Both the position numbers and the translations under genes were made by a program. From Rhizophagus irregularis (lineage: Eukaryota), in assembly GCF_026210795.1 (NCBI RefSeq), contig NC_089435.1, forward strand, positions 3,410,001 to 3,474,000: a stretch of DNA of 64,000 bases, written 5' to 3'. Under the pieces are notes generated by a model, which saw only the letters and a program-made list of their open reading frames with translations, was not told the DNA's origin and made no database searches. Shown in pieces: positions 25,007 to 39,400 of this stretch. The first letter of the stretch is position 1, and every line of letters starts with the position of its first letter.

Positions 25007-26622
25007 TTAGACGATGTGTGAATGCTTTGCCATACTACTTGATTCTCTTTTTACTAATTTTCTGTCAAATTTAAATTCCGGAGGAGGTGCCATACTACTT
25101 GATTCTCTTATTACTAATTTTCTGCCGGATTCAAATTCCGGAGGAGGTGGTTCATATTGTACTATTTAAAGAGTTAATAATTATTAGTATTGAGGGGAAA
25201 AAAATGAATAATTAGAATGAAGAATAAAAATTACATACTGTAGAATTCCATAAATTTACCAAAATTTTTATGGCATCTAATAGTGTTCCATGTTGATAAT
25301 GCCAAAACGATCCAACATAGACATGCTATTACATATATATATATTTTTAAAAAAAAAGAATCATTAGTATAACTTTTATTGACTAATTTAAAAACAATAT
25401 AAAATTATGCGAAATTATTATTACCATATAATAAAAATGCACACATAGGCATATTATACTGAAAGCATTGTAATGGATATTCTGCTTTTATCAATTTATT
25501 ATATCGTTCACAGAAACTAGCCATATCAAAATATAATAATAGGGCTTGAATAAAATTTCCTATATATACAATAAACATTAAATAATGTTTTTCATCCCTC
25601 ACCTAAATATGTTGATATAAATTTTTTAGTATAATAACATTATATTAAAGAACAAAAAAAATAATGTACTTACACCTTTGAGCATAAAAAATGAATAATA
25701 AAGAAATATTATGTTTAACGGCACTTGATAATTGATAAATAGGTTTCGAAGTCTAATTTGTCTTTTTGTTAGTGCTACCAGGTTCGCAACATTTATTCCT
25801 ACTAAATAAGCAACTAACAATAGCCCTATCATCATTATCTGAGCATGAAACAATGGGAATTGGACCTCATATATTGCATGCATTTCTAAGCCAAAAAAAG
25901 AAAAAGAAAAATTTAGAAACTAAATAAATATATATACGCTGAAGGATTCGAATAAATGGATTATTTACCTTTAATCTCATCATGCCTAGAATATTTAAAT
26001 TCATATACTAGAGGCCATATTCTAAGATAAAAAAAAAATGGAATAAAATAAATTTAATTTAATATTTTTTATTTTTTTTGGTTACAAATTAAAAGATATT
26101 ATCACTTACCCTTTCTTCCATATTAAGTACACATATAATGTATATAATAATTGAAATAAAATTGAAATTGCAATTAAAAAGGATGAACCTATTATATAAG
26201 ACTTTTGATTTGCAAAACATGACTCATTATGGTCTCTACAAAGAAAATATTGAGTATAAAAACTAGCTATCCCTCCAACAACAGGAAATATATGTACACC
26301 AAGGAATGCTAATCCATGATAAACGGTTTTACCATAGAACTACAAATAATAAAATAAATTAATAGCTAGTATTAAATACATTAAACGATCTCAGCATAAA
26401 ACATTATATTACCATAATCATCCCTGATATTATAGGAAAAAATATTAATGGAATAAGTATAAAATACATGTCGAATTCTCCTGTTAAGAATAAAGTGCCA
26501 ACGAAAAGAAAACTATAAATGAACATATCTATAATATATGTGTACAAGAAAACTTTTTCTATATGCTTTAACTCTTTATAAAATTTATGAAGTATTCTAT
26601 AAAGAACAACTAGTGAATTCAT
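25007..26622 (-). CDS. Multi-exon multi-pass membrane protein, paralogue 2
   Basis: Near-identical exons and splice sites to 17775-19385 with scattered substitutions (e.g. RKFYKGLKR vs HKFYKELKH). Confidence 0.75.
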
Positions 26623-29600
26623 TTTTGGGATAAGTTAAATCCAAGAGACCAGCTGATGGATAAAAGAAAAGGAAGATAACAAGGAGATGAAAATTATTAA
26701 GATAACAAATAGATGAAATTTTAAAATAACGAGGAGATAAAATTATTAAGGTAACGAAGATATTAAGATAATGAAAATTATTATAGAAAAACTGAAAGGA
26801 GATATTTATGAAGTACCTTTTTTATCATGTCAATAATTATTGCGAGCGGCTTATTTATATTTTTAAATACAAAGGAATATATTCCCTTGTTCATGGTGAA
26901 AGTGAGATTGAAACGTTAGATATTTATATTTACAAAGAATCTTTGTCGTTTCTAAACCATGATGATCATGTAAATTAAAACATCACAAACCCAAAAAACG
27001 TTTTATTAATTTAATTTCTTTATTTTATGAAAAAAATAGTTTTCCAATATCAAGTATGTAATAAAAATAATAAAAATAGCAATATTTCGATAACATTATA
27101 ACGCTAATAGCACGAAAATAGAAGCTTTTGGATCATCCAGCAAATTTCAAGAAAAGAATTTCTTTATGATAGAGTCTAGACATTTTTTTTTTTGTTAATT
27201 GTAAAAAAAAAATTTTTTTCGTTGAATTCTCCGGAAACTTGTAAAAATTTTCATTTTCTTCATTTTCCTCTGCTACTAAAAAAAAAATAACAATTTATGA
27301 ATTATACGCATAATTTAAACTTTATTAAAAATATAACGCGCAGTCAAAAGTATATAATGTTTGTCACACTATGTCTATAATTTAATACATGAAACATACA
27401 AACAAAGAATTTTTTTTCTCACTGGTCTAAAACTGGAAACAATGATGAAAATCTATGAAATTGCCTATTTTGTCAACTTAATGCTATTAAACGCATATCA
27501 CATATTTTCCCGTTTCAAACATAAAAAACACTTGGATAAATTTGTCACATGTTTTGAAAATGTGAAAGGATTTCATTTCTTTAAAAGAGATTAAAGAAAA
27601 TTAAAACGTTATGACAGTAAAATATGTGTTGACTCCTGTTTCTTGTCCCGGACCCCTGAATACCAATGTGGCGCATACATAAGCCTTTGTACTGTAAGGA
27701 CTAACATAATTAGTTTAGTGACGCAGTTTAATATTTATTTTTAGTATATAATTTATTTTTAGTTTTTATAGTTAGATAGCTTAATAATTTTAAGGTCAGA
27801 AATGAGCCTAAACTAATGGTGAATATATGATAAAAAGGTTGGATATTAGAAATTGGGATATGAAAGTTGGACATTAAAAGATAGGATTTGGCGTATTATT
27901 ATAAAAAAGAGAGAACTCGGGGATTATATTTTACAAAGAGAAATTAAACTTGGTTGGCAAAGGAATATAATTCCTTGCAGGTTGACCGACAACATCAAAA
28001 TTTTTTTAGCGTACTACGTAAATGCACTATACGATAATTCACAAGATTTTCCTGCGCTATCACAAAAGTCTTATAACGCTTTTTATTTTATTATTACAAA
28101 TAATCATTTTTAATTGAAATTTTGTAATACATAATCAACCAATATCAACCAATTATGGCGAATTTAACCATGTCCTCAATAACAACAAAGTCATAGGATA
28201 AAAGTGAATAGTAAATAATCAAATTTATATATGAAATATGAATAGTGACTCGAATTATTAAGTAATTTGATAATTATAATAACACAAGTAAACTAATTAA
28301 TTAAATTTGATATTAAAAATAAATAGATTTAAAAGTTGTAAATTATAGGCATATTGATAAAATAATTATTTAACTATATACATTAGAATGAAGATGTTTA
28401 CATAGTTTACAAAATGTTTTTTAATTTATTACATGACTGTACATTGTATTCCAGCGGCATCACTTGGCTTTTCAGCGACTTCAGCAGTTGCGATAGATGG
28501 AATGGATAGTTTAATGGTAACTTTGGTTTGATTCATTTTGTTAGAAAATTTTAATTTTAAAGTTTGAATTATGTGAAAAACTATCAAAGTTTTTTTCTTT
28601 TTCTTTTTCTATTCTTTTTTTTTTGATTGAATTTTAATTATTTTCTTCAATATGGAAATTTTTCGCTTATTTATATCTTTTTCATAGATTTCAAACTTTT
28701 GGATTTAATATTATGTGCATTACGGATGTCTCTGTGTTTGGAAATATTAATACGTCAATTACAGTATGTGGATCACACTTTTTAGACTTTTTAGGGGCTG
28801 AAACAAGGCACCTAAATCATGTATCAATAATATACAATAGATTTTTCATTTAGACAATATTTCAATATTTTTAATATTATTTTTCACTATGATTCTGTGT
28901 TAACAATATTTTTCAAAATTCAGTATGAGTATTGTCTTAGAATACCATTTTATTGTAAAATATTGTCCCAGAGCGAATGCGGAGGACTTATGAAAAATTG
29001 ACTGTCGATCATTGTCACATGAGGATTTCGCCACATTGTATTAAGAAAATAAATGTTACACAAACGACAATGGTTGAATAAATGTAAATAGTACATGCGT
29101 AGGACCGTAGGACCGCAGCTCATGAGCAACATTATAAATTGTCAGTTTATAATTATTCTTAAAAAAAAAAAAGAAAAGGAATAATTAGCAAATGTTAAAG
29201 AAATAAAAAGAAACAAAAGAAATCTACCCACGTATGAAAAGCCTACATTTCTAAGGTCCATTGAATAGTCCCTAAAAAAAAAATACTTTTTATAAAAAGT
29301 CCAGAATAAAGAAATTAAAAAGATAATACGTACTACTCTTACCGTTAAAATAAAAAAAAGAAAAATAAATATAAAAATTTGTAATACAAAGATTGGGTTG
29401 TATATGAGTGTTTAAATCTTTAACGTTTATATAAAAAATTTTTTCATTTTTAAATAAATATCTTACTTCATGATTTTTTAAATAAGGAATTTAGTTTGTT
29501 TAAATTATCTGTGATTTCCAAAAAGAAATAAACGGTATTTAAAGACGTAAATATTGTATTTGCACACATACCTTTTTTTTTTTATAAAAATCGACTTTTC

Positions 29601-29699
29601 AATTTTCAAAATTTAACCGAAACTTATAAACTGTCCAAGTAATTCGTAAAATTTTAATTTAAAATAAAACTTGGGAATTTAATTTATTTTGTAAAAGTA

Positions 29700-30440
29700 A
29701 AAAAAATTAGAGAAAATGTAAGAAGTACGATAAAGAAAATGAATCAAGTTAAATACAAAGTGGAATAGAATTAATATGGATAAACGTTAAGTATTATAAT
29801 AAACGAATTTAATAAAGCCGATCATGATTCTAGAGATAATGAATTAACAGTGTGCAAGATTAAGAAGATTAAGAATTCTTGAAAGATTAACAACAATAGA
29901 TCAACTTTATAAAAGGTGAATGAATATGTGTAAGATGTTTCAAAACATGAAAATTGGAAACACATATGGGAATCAAAGAACGTTTAACAGATTCAAAGGA
30001 AAATTGTGAACAATAGCAAAAGACATCAAGATCTCTTGTTAGAAAAGTAAGTTTAAGAACGTAATAAATCAAGAATCACTTAATTCTAGAATATGGCATG
30101 AATTGTTGAAAGGGACGGTTAATGAAAAAATTTATCTTAATAGCCAAGATAAGATTAAAAAAATACGATTAATTTTAGCTGCAAGAAAAGATAATTGGAA
30201 TGTACGTTGTAACAAATTAAAAAAAATGGGAAATAAACATGATATGAACATAGATAGGAACAGTACGGAAAATAATTCAAGGGAAGAAGAAACAGTCAAA
30301 GGGTCACATACAAATATATCGTTAGATATGAACAAATTAATATTAAAAATATGAGATAGAATAGGTATTAGTGATTTATAGATTTATGATTATATACGGT
30401 AGTTATTATTTTATACATTTGTAATTGAAAACAAAAAAAC
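29700..30440 (+). mobile_element. Decayed non-LTR retrotransposon (LINE) 3' end
   Basis: Remnant zinc knuckle CVRCF..ENWKHIWE at ~29930-29975 (frameshifted), then RKDNWNVRCNKL and an A-rich tail at ~30428-30440. Confidence 0.55.
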
Positions 30441-30822
30441 TTAGATCTGTTTCACAAATTACAGTCATCACTTTGTGGTTCTCATGATGTACGGATGATT
30501 CTCCTGCCAATAAACAACAAAAAAATTATGACGCGTGTTATAACATTTAATCCAATTTTTCATGTATGTTTAAAATATTTAAATTATAAGTTTCATTGAT
30601 TCGCAACTCTGTAAAGATTTTATTAATTATTATTATTGCCTATTTTTCATTAATACGTTTAATTTTTCTCATTTTTCTCATTGATCATCAAGTCGCAGTT
30701 AATGAGGGGGCAAAAAGTAGCTGGCAAAAAACCATCATTTCCAGTCACCCCCGTTAAAAACAACCTTTTTTGTTGTATAAGTTCATTGTCACATTCACGA
30801 GCTTCTTGTGAAGTTTCCATAC

Positions 30823-31297
30823 TTATGTCTATATCAAAGCTTAATTCCATATCATTTTCCACTTAAAACTATCTTTAAATGTTACTTCTCTCGGAAACTA
30901 GCCATATACCATATTGCAAATCACTTGAACAGGAGTCACATGTTCATATTTTTGATTTCCAAATAGTAATGCAGCTTGTTGTCAATAGTGATATTAACTG
31001 TATACATCTCTTTGCATTCATGAATTTGCAAATAATAATAAGAACGTTCAAGGTGGTCCATACAATTTCACTAGCATATTCAGTTAATCTGACATCAATA
31101 CAGTAATAAAGCATATCTTCTAATAATTAATATACAGCAATTCTTTTTTATGTCTATATCAAAGCTTAATTTCATATCAATATTGCTTCTTTGCCTTCCT
31201 CAGAAAACTAGTAATGCCTTACAATCTACCATGTTACAAATCACTTGAACAGGAATCACTTGTTCGTATTTTTGATTTCCAAAATAGTCAGCTTGTT
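30823..31297 (+). repeat. Local ~150-bp imperfect direct duplication
   Basis: TTATGTCTATATCAAAGCTTAATT...CAAATCACTTGAACAGGA...TTTTTGATTTCCAAAATAGT at ~30823-30980 and ~31149-31297. Confidence 0.75.
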
Positions 31298-33427
31298 CCT
31301 AACCCTAACCTTAATCCCTAGGCGGCGCCTGAACGGTCAAAACCGGTAAATCAAATATAATGACTTAAAACCAGCAATCAAAGCCTGGTAATTCTCCTAC
31401 TTAAGACGGTCCCTAAATAGGAGTTACCCACATTTTGCAAAATAAAAAAAACGCACTTTACTCTCCAAACTTGTAAAGTCACATTCATCTAATCCTAAGG
31501 CTTCTGTCAAAAATGACGAGATCAAATTTCGTCAATGTACTTTCATGGAGTCTGGAAGTCAGCTGATTCAACAATAATATCGTGATTTTGGAACAGGAAA
31601 CAACGATAAGACCTGGTTTTTCTTTCTTTTAGATAGGAGATTAGGGCTAAAAATTAAAAAGTCATTTAAACTATGAAAAAGCAAGCTATTAAATAAAGTT
31701 TACTTTCGTAACTGGCAAATATTTCAGATATTCTATTGAATTTTTCTTAGAAAGTGGATAAGTGGATAGTTAAGTTGAATATTTTAATGAGAAGTAATAT
31801 TTATTTGAGGAGAGTGTTCAAATATTATGTTGAGAGAGAATGGAAATATTGGTACCTTTATATATTATTCTATCTGATAGCGTCCAAGCCATTCAAAAAT
31901 AATAGCATATTGGAATAATCGTCACAATATGATAAATTTTACTGTTAAAATTATTAATAGATCACGTCAATTTTTTTTCTGATAATCAACTAATCAATTT
32001 TTGGTTATTTTTGGTTGCGATAAATAGTCAATATAGTTAGTCAGTAAGCTTGATTTTTTTTACTGATAAACCGATAAATCAATCTTTTTTTTTACTGGTA
32101 AATCAATCATTAACTTGATTTGTGAAAATTACCTTTTAAGTAAAACAAGCTATTAGAATACATCAGTCGGTAATAGTGATTTTGCAGTTACTGTAGCTCT
32201 GTAGCTCGCAAATCGTAATGTTTGTAATAAAATCATTGAGAAAGGCAAATCTCAAAAGGTACAAACTTTAATTTAAAGTACAATATTTAGGAAACAATAA
32301 ATTTATCAAGGGGGATAGCTTATTAGTAATTGTTTAATCGTTTTTGTATGAAAATCCCAATAGTACTTATGTTATAACTATACCTAAAACGGTTCTCAAT
32401 TAATAAAATAACAATTGCGTCAACAAGCCAGAAAAAAAAGAAAATCTTAAATTTTGTTAAAATAAAATCCTTAAAATTATTGTGTTAGTCATTGTAATCT
32501 TTATTAATCCCATCTTTCTTCCATCTATTCCACCAACTACCATCATCATCAATCTCACCTCCACGATCACCATCGATTCTTTTGTATTTTTTTTATTTGG
32601 GTGGGAAGTAATTTTTGGCATTTCAGGAATGACTAAATTTGGAAAAAACGGTTGTATGAATTAATATAACAAATTTTTTAATTCCATCAGATTAATCGAA
32701 TCGAGTGTTCTTCACCGATTCTTACATCTAACTTATACAATTGAATATTTATCATTTTGTTGAAAGTAACTGATTAAAAGATCAAATCGTGTATAACTAC
32801 TATAATGTTCGACAGTAAAATCACACTTCCGGAACCGAATGACTAAGCTATTACTAAGCTCCACATTAGACATTCATTTCTTTTTTGGATAAATTTGTAG
32901 ATTTGCATAATATAGTGGGAAACCCAAGGGCAAACTTTCTGGTTTTATTTAATAATAATGTATAACATATTAGTATATTAAAAAAAAAGAAAATTAAACG
33001 TGTGCAAAAATTTTTTGATTACATGATGTGATCGGCATAGGTCGTATTCGGACCAGTGATAAAAGAACAAATTGAGACTAAAAAAAAAAAATTTTTTTCT
33101 GCACAATTATAAATCTTTCACATTATTTGTTATTGATAATCTGTTATCAATACCCAATAATTATAGAGAAACTCTTTTTTTCAGTAATGATGTAATCATA
33201 TCATTATCTGCTCCTGAATTGTGATTTTACGAAAATAGACATTTAACGGGTTATACTTTACTATATATGTAAATATATCATGAGTAGTGTATACTTCGTG
33301 GATGTACGTGTGACTTGAGGAATATCTTTAAATTGATCTCGTAAATTAAAATAAATTAAAATTCAATTTTCATTTCATATCTGCTATTTCTAAAATCTAA
33401 AGATCATTAAAAGCTCCTTTACGTAAA

Positions 33428-36400
33428 ATGCCGATAGGAAGACAATTTAAACCAAAAGAACCTTACACTCATCGTTTACGTAAAATTCTTGATGAATATC
33501 CTGATGGTTCTCAAATTCTTCGTGAAATCCTTCAGAATTCAGATGATGCCCAAAGTACTGAACAAATTTTCATTCTGGATCATAATACTTATCCATCACA
33601 AAGTTTATTTGAACCGGATTATGTAGATAATTATCAAAGGACAAACTTGAAACTTGATAGATTTCAAGGCCCTGCACTTTTATCAAGAAATACTACTACT
33701 TTTGAGGAAAAAGATTTTCAATCATTGCTTAAATTAGCTGATAGTGAAAAACGTGATCAATTTGATAAGATCGGAGGTAAAGTTTTTCTTTTATTTGTTT
33801 TTCTCACCAAAGATATATTTTATTAACTTTGCTTATTATAATTTACGTTTTTAATTTTAGTAATGGGTGTTGGTTTTAATTCAATTTATCATATCACCGA
33901 CTCTCCTTCTTTTATTACTGGTGATAAATACATTATCCTTGATCCACACGAATGGTATTTTAACGGTGGTATTCAATTCGATTTCGTCAAAGAACAATTG
34001 TCAAAGGATTATCCAGATCAATTTGCTCCATTCAAAATCTCATGTGATAAACCATTTAATGGAACTATATTTCGTTATCCTCTCCGTACTAATCAAGATT
34101 CTGTCGATTCAAAAATTTCTAACAAAGTTTATAAACCTGAAGCAATTTTGGATATGTTTCACAAGTTTTATGAAAAAGAAAGCATAAATTGTTTATTATT
34201 TTTAAAATATATTGAACGTATTCATTTCTATGAATTGAAAGAAGGCGCTACTGAACCTGAATTACTTTACACCATTCAGTTGGAGAATGTTGATGATCAT
34301 GTTAGAGAACAACGTCGTTCGATAGTCGAAAAAATTATACCAATGATGAATTCACTTAAGTCAAAAGATCTTGATAACCATAATCAACTAGAAACGTCTT
34401 ATGTCGCATCATTTTCTCGACAACGGAAAGGATATCCTAAAGAAATTAGCTCATGGTTAATTTTGAATTATCTTGATGATTTACTCAAAGCCGAAGCATA
34501 TTTTCATGAGAACTTCGGTAAATATATAGGAGATTATAAATTTATTCCTAATGTTGGTCTGGCTGTCCCTTTGAATAATTTAAATGCTACTGGAAAATTA
34601 TTTTGCTTTTTACCTCTTCCCATTGATATGCCTTTCCTCGTTTCCGTACATGGATATTTTGCGGTAAGAATTAACGAATATAGGATATTGTTTATGATTT
34701 TAAATAATTTGGTTTAAAAACATTTTATTTACTTTTTAACAGGTTAGCACTAATCGACGTTCCTTATGGTCAGCAGCAGATAATGAGGATCTGGTAACTA
34801 ATTAATTCTCTGCTATATGTTTTGATAAAATTTCTATATTTAGCTATTAAATATTAAATATTGAATATTGTACTTTTCAGGCTGTTGATGCATTGGCGCG
34901 TCTGAAGGTTGAGTGGAATCGATATTTATTTGAAAAGGTTTTACCCAAAGCTTGGGTAAAGTTTCTTCGTGAGCTCAGGTCTAATATTCAATCGGATAAT
35001 ATATATGAATTTTGGCCAATAGTTAAAGAAGTTACATCGGGTAGTTTAAGTTCTTTTTGCAAAGATCTGTTACAGAATGTCATAGAAAGTCTTAGTATTG
35101 ACGATTGTGTATTCAAAGGTCCTTTTTCATCAAATGTTATTGGAACAGTAGCTGAAGTTTCAACATATTCATATAATATGCCCTCATTCCGAGAACCCAA
35201 ATTTCATTGGCTTTCACTTTCAAATGGCTATTTCGAAGATGAGAAGTTATTCAATTTTGATTTATCTAAAATAATTGGTAATATTGGATTTCCTGTAATA
35301 TCAACTTTGTACCCTATCATCAGAGTATTAAAAAGTTCTGGACATCAAGACTCTCTCAAGTTTTTTTCTCCTACCATTATCCGTACTTATTTGAGTAACA
35401 ATCGTGATAGATGGGATAACGTACTGTCGAGAAAAGAAGTCTTACTATTATTTGAATATATATTAAACGAATTAAATGATCAAAATTTTGATGAATTAGA
35501 AGGATTCAAAATAATTCCATTAGCGGATGGTGTGAATCTTGGTACTTTAACTCAATTTGGCAATTCTTATGTGTATATCGGTCCCGATGATGACATTAAG
35601 AGTCATGAAAATGATGAGCGCAATATTTTCACAAATCAATTAGATAAATTCATCGACAAATCGATCAGTTTCAGATTATATAAACTTTTGTACGATAATG
35701 CAAATACTGGATGGGATCTTAACATCAAAATATTAGATGAATTCGCTGTTGTTGATATGATTAAATTCTCGTTAAATTTTGCGGAAAATGCAAATTTTGA
35801 AGTGATACAGATGCCGAATCATTGTGGATGGATCTATCAATTATGGGATAACCTAAGATACAGAAATTGGGATTTAACAAAGTTTGAAGATATTCATTTA
35901 ATCCCAACAAATCGTTCTTCTCTTAGGAAATTAAGAACTCCTAATAAAATTTTTTTGAATCAAACAAGCGAAGACCTTACAGCTATTTTCGAAATATTCG
36001 GTGCTGCGTTCGCGGATAATCAGTTTAAAGAAATTTCTGAATGGGATAAGTAAGTATTACTAAATTATAATCTCTTTACTTATGGTATCTAAATAAATAA
36101 TATCTTTCTTTTCTTTTTAATAGAGTATCTCCATATATTATTAAACTTAATGACATTATATCAGTTTTGGCTTCTTTTCGAGCTGATGCTTCATATCCAG
36201 AGAATTTAAATAAAAATTTACAAATTCATGAAGCATCGGCGCTCATCGACCATTTATCTAATTATTTGCGACTTGTCAATAAAGATCATCTTACGCAGGA
36301 ACTCATTGAAGTTATCAAGCATCTTCCAATTTTTACTGAAATTGATCATACTTTACCAATTTCATTATTGCCTGGCAATTCGAATTGGTATATTCTGCCC

Positions 36401-39400
36401 CGCGAGGAAGAAAATTCATATGGAAAGATAATTTATCCAAGTAATATGGGAGGATTTCTTAGTACTAATTCACAGAATATATGTTATATATTGGAAGATA
36501 TTATTAAAGTTCCTCGATTAAATGTAATTGATTATTGGCAAAACTATGTAATACCATTTATTGATTCGCAATCACCTGAAGATATAGATATAGTGATTGA
36601 CAGACTCTTTGATCGGTTACAATCTTTACTTGATTACGATGCAAACTTAAAGGACATTCTTGGAAGAAAGTCATTTGTTGCTGCTGGTACATTTGAAATG
36701 TCACGGCATCAAAAAATATCTTTTGGCGTGAAGTTAATTAAATCACCAACAGATTTATTTGATCCGGAAGAAAAGACTCTAGTTGATTTATTTTTTGAAG
36801 ATGAGAAAGTCTTTCCTGCTGGCAAATATGGAATTTCACAATCGTCTTCTAACAGATTTCTTTCAAATTTGAAATTGTTAGGAATTAAATCAATTCTTTC
36901 CCCTAATGATATAATAATTCGGATCGACACAATTATATCACGAAGGCAATTTTCTAATATTTGTGATAATTTAATTCATAGCAAAGCATTGAAACTTCTA
37001 AAATATGTTGATGAAAAATGGAATCAATTAACTAATAATAATAATAACCATGCAACGTTGGAAGCTATTTTAGAAAAAGAGTGGATTCCAACAGTTGATG
37101 AATATGGAAAGAAAGTTTTTTCGAAACCTGTGGACTGTTACTATAAGAAATACAAAAATCTGGTTTGCTTTGTTGCACCGGTTTTGGATTATAACCCCAA
37201 GAATCATCACTTTTTGGAATATTTGAATTGGCATACTTATCCCGATGTTAAAACGGTTCTAAGACAATTGGAACTTTGTCGACATAAGAATAAATCACCT
37301 GTAGAATTAAAGTCTATTTGTGACGTAATTTATGAATATATGAATGAAGCTTTTCATGATGATAAGACTTCATTCGATTATATGAGGGAATATTTGAAAA
37401 ATGAATCATGGATTTTATGCGGAGATACGTTTTATTCAAGCGACAAAGTTGTCTTTGATCTTCCTAATAAATTTCAGTATAAGGATTCCTTAATTGTTAA
37501 ACTTCCTATAGAATATTCTATTAAATTTGAGAAATTATATAAAGCTATGGGGGTTAGAGATAAAATTGGAGTCAAGGAGTTGATCTTCACTGTCAAAAAT
37601 GAGTATAAAGATTTATCAACAGAAGAAATCATCCAGATTCTCAAGCAGATTATAGAGATACGAAAGGATAATAGGAGAGACGGAAATCAGCTGGAAGAAT
37701 TAGACGGATTATTAATCCCAAGCAATAATAATGCGCTTGTTGAACTGAATGAAATTCAATTTGATGACATGGCAGATAAGCTTGAAGAAGAAGAAAGAAG
37801 CAGGCATAAAATTGCTCACCATCTTGTAACTAAGGATATTGCTGAAGAATTGGGAATTCAAACTTTAAAAGGAACAATATATGGTAAATAATTAATTTGA
37901 AAATTATTATAAGAATATTATATAACGCGCATTTATCTTTTTTTCTTTTTTCTAGTTAATGGTTCTACTAAGGATACTAATTACGAACAAACTGAATCAT
38001 TGACCGTTAAGATTAAAAATATTATCAAGGTACAATTTTTAATTTAATTTAATTTTTTATTTTATTATATCATTTTAACGAATAATTTATATAATTAGGA
38101 TTGTTCGACAAATTCAATATTTAAAGAGTTTCTTCGAGTGAGTAATGAAGTAATTTTAATATTGTTTTAAAGTTATATTTGAAAATTTATATATTTTTCT
38201 CTCATATAGAATGCAGATGACACTGGTGCCAAACATTTTTCGGTAATCATAGATGAGAGACAGCATGATTTTAGCCCTCCTAAAAAAATATTCCTATCGG
38301 AAGAAATAGAAGATTGGCAAGGTCCTGCGATATGGATTTATAATGACGAAGAGTTTACAAACGATAGCTTTCAGTCTTTGCTAAACCTTGACATTGGAAA
38401 TCTTAATTATGCTTTTCATGTTACAGATTTATTGAGCATTGTGAGTGGAAGGTACATCGCATTTTTAGATCCACATGCAAAATTTCTTCCACCATCAGGA
38501 TTTCCTCTTAAGAGACCAAGAGGTATTCAAATTGATTTTATTGAAAAGAAGTTTAAGAAAAGTTTTCCAGAACAATGCGATTCATACGAAGAAATACTCC
38601 ATTTCATTGAGAAATGCTTTCCTGATAAATACGCAACAGGAGATTGTGATATGTCGAAAGAATTTAGGGGAACCTTGTTCAGAATTCCGCTCAGGACTTT
38701 TGAATTGGCAAAAGTTAGTGATATATCGAATAAAGTTATCAACACGAACAAAATTCTGGAACTGTTCAATAATATTCAGGATAATAATGAGATGCTATTC
38801 CTAAGGAATATAGAATCATGTAGTTTATATCATATGAAAGACAAAGATTCTCAATTGATATGGCAATCAAAGATTAGCAGTAGTGATAGTTGTCGCAATG
38901 CTCGTCGAAAAATGGTTGATAGTATTGATAACGCGCAAGTCTATCAGTTAGATATTGAACGAATCAATGATATGGGGAATAAAGTTTCAGAAATATGGGC
39001 TATATGCGTAGGAGGGCACGACAGAATCAAACCAGAATTCAAAGAATTTTCAGAGAAGAAACAAGTTAAGGTAAACTTAATGCATTTTAACATTTTTTTT
39101 TATTTTTGAAATTTATTAATGTTGTTTATTTAACAAAGCCAAGAGGTGGCGTTGCTTCCCTGCTTGCTCAATCTTATATAAAATCATTAGATGAATTAAG
39201 AGCTGAATCGGTAAAAGTTTTTTTTTTTTGTTAGTTTATTAATACTAATATACTAATAAAATTTTTTGCATTATAGTTTCCGGATCCTCCTGAAATTACG
39301 GGAGACATTTATTCCCATTTATCACTGTCAATAAGTAGCAATTTGGGAGTTCATTTGAATGGAAACTTTTCTTTACCTTCGAAAGGCCATTTCCTGCAAG

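Larger units (their letters stand above)
23616..28758 (+). repeat. Tandem segmental duplication, copy 2
   Basis: Colinear with 16705-23594 but lacks the 20180-20563 and 21732-23450 insertions. Confidence 0.95.

Noticed and set aside
31298..31322. Telomere-like CCTAACCCTAACCTTAATCCCTA
   Set aside because: Only 2-3 degenerate units and internal; not a telomere.
32470..32800. Minus-strand coding-like fragment
   Set aside because: Frameshifted, with no identifiable family.
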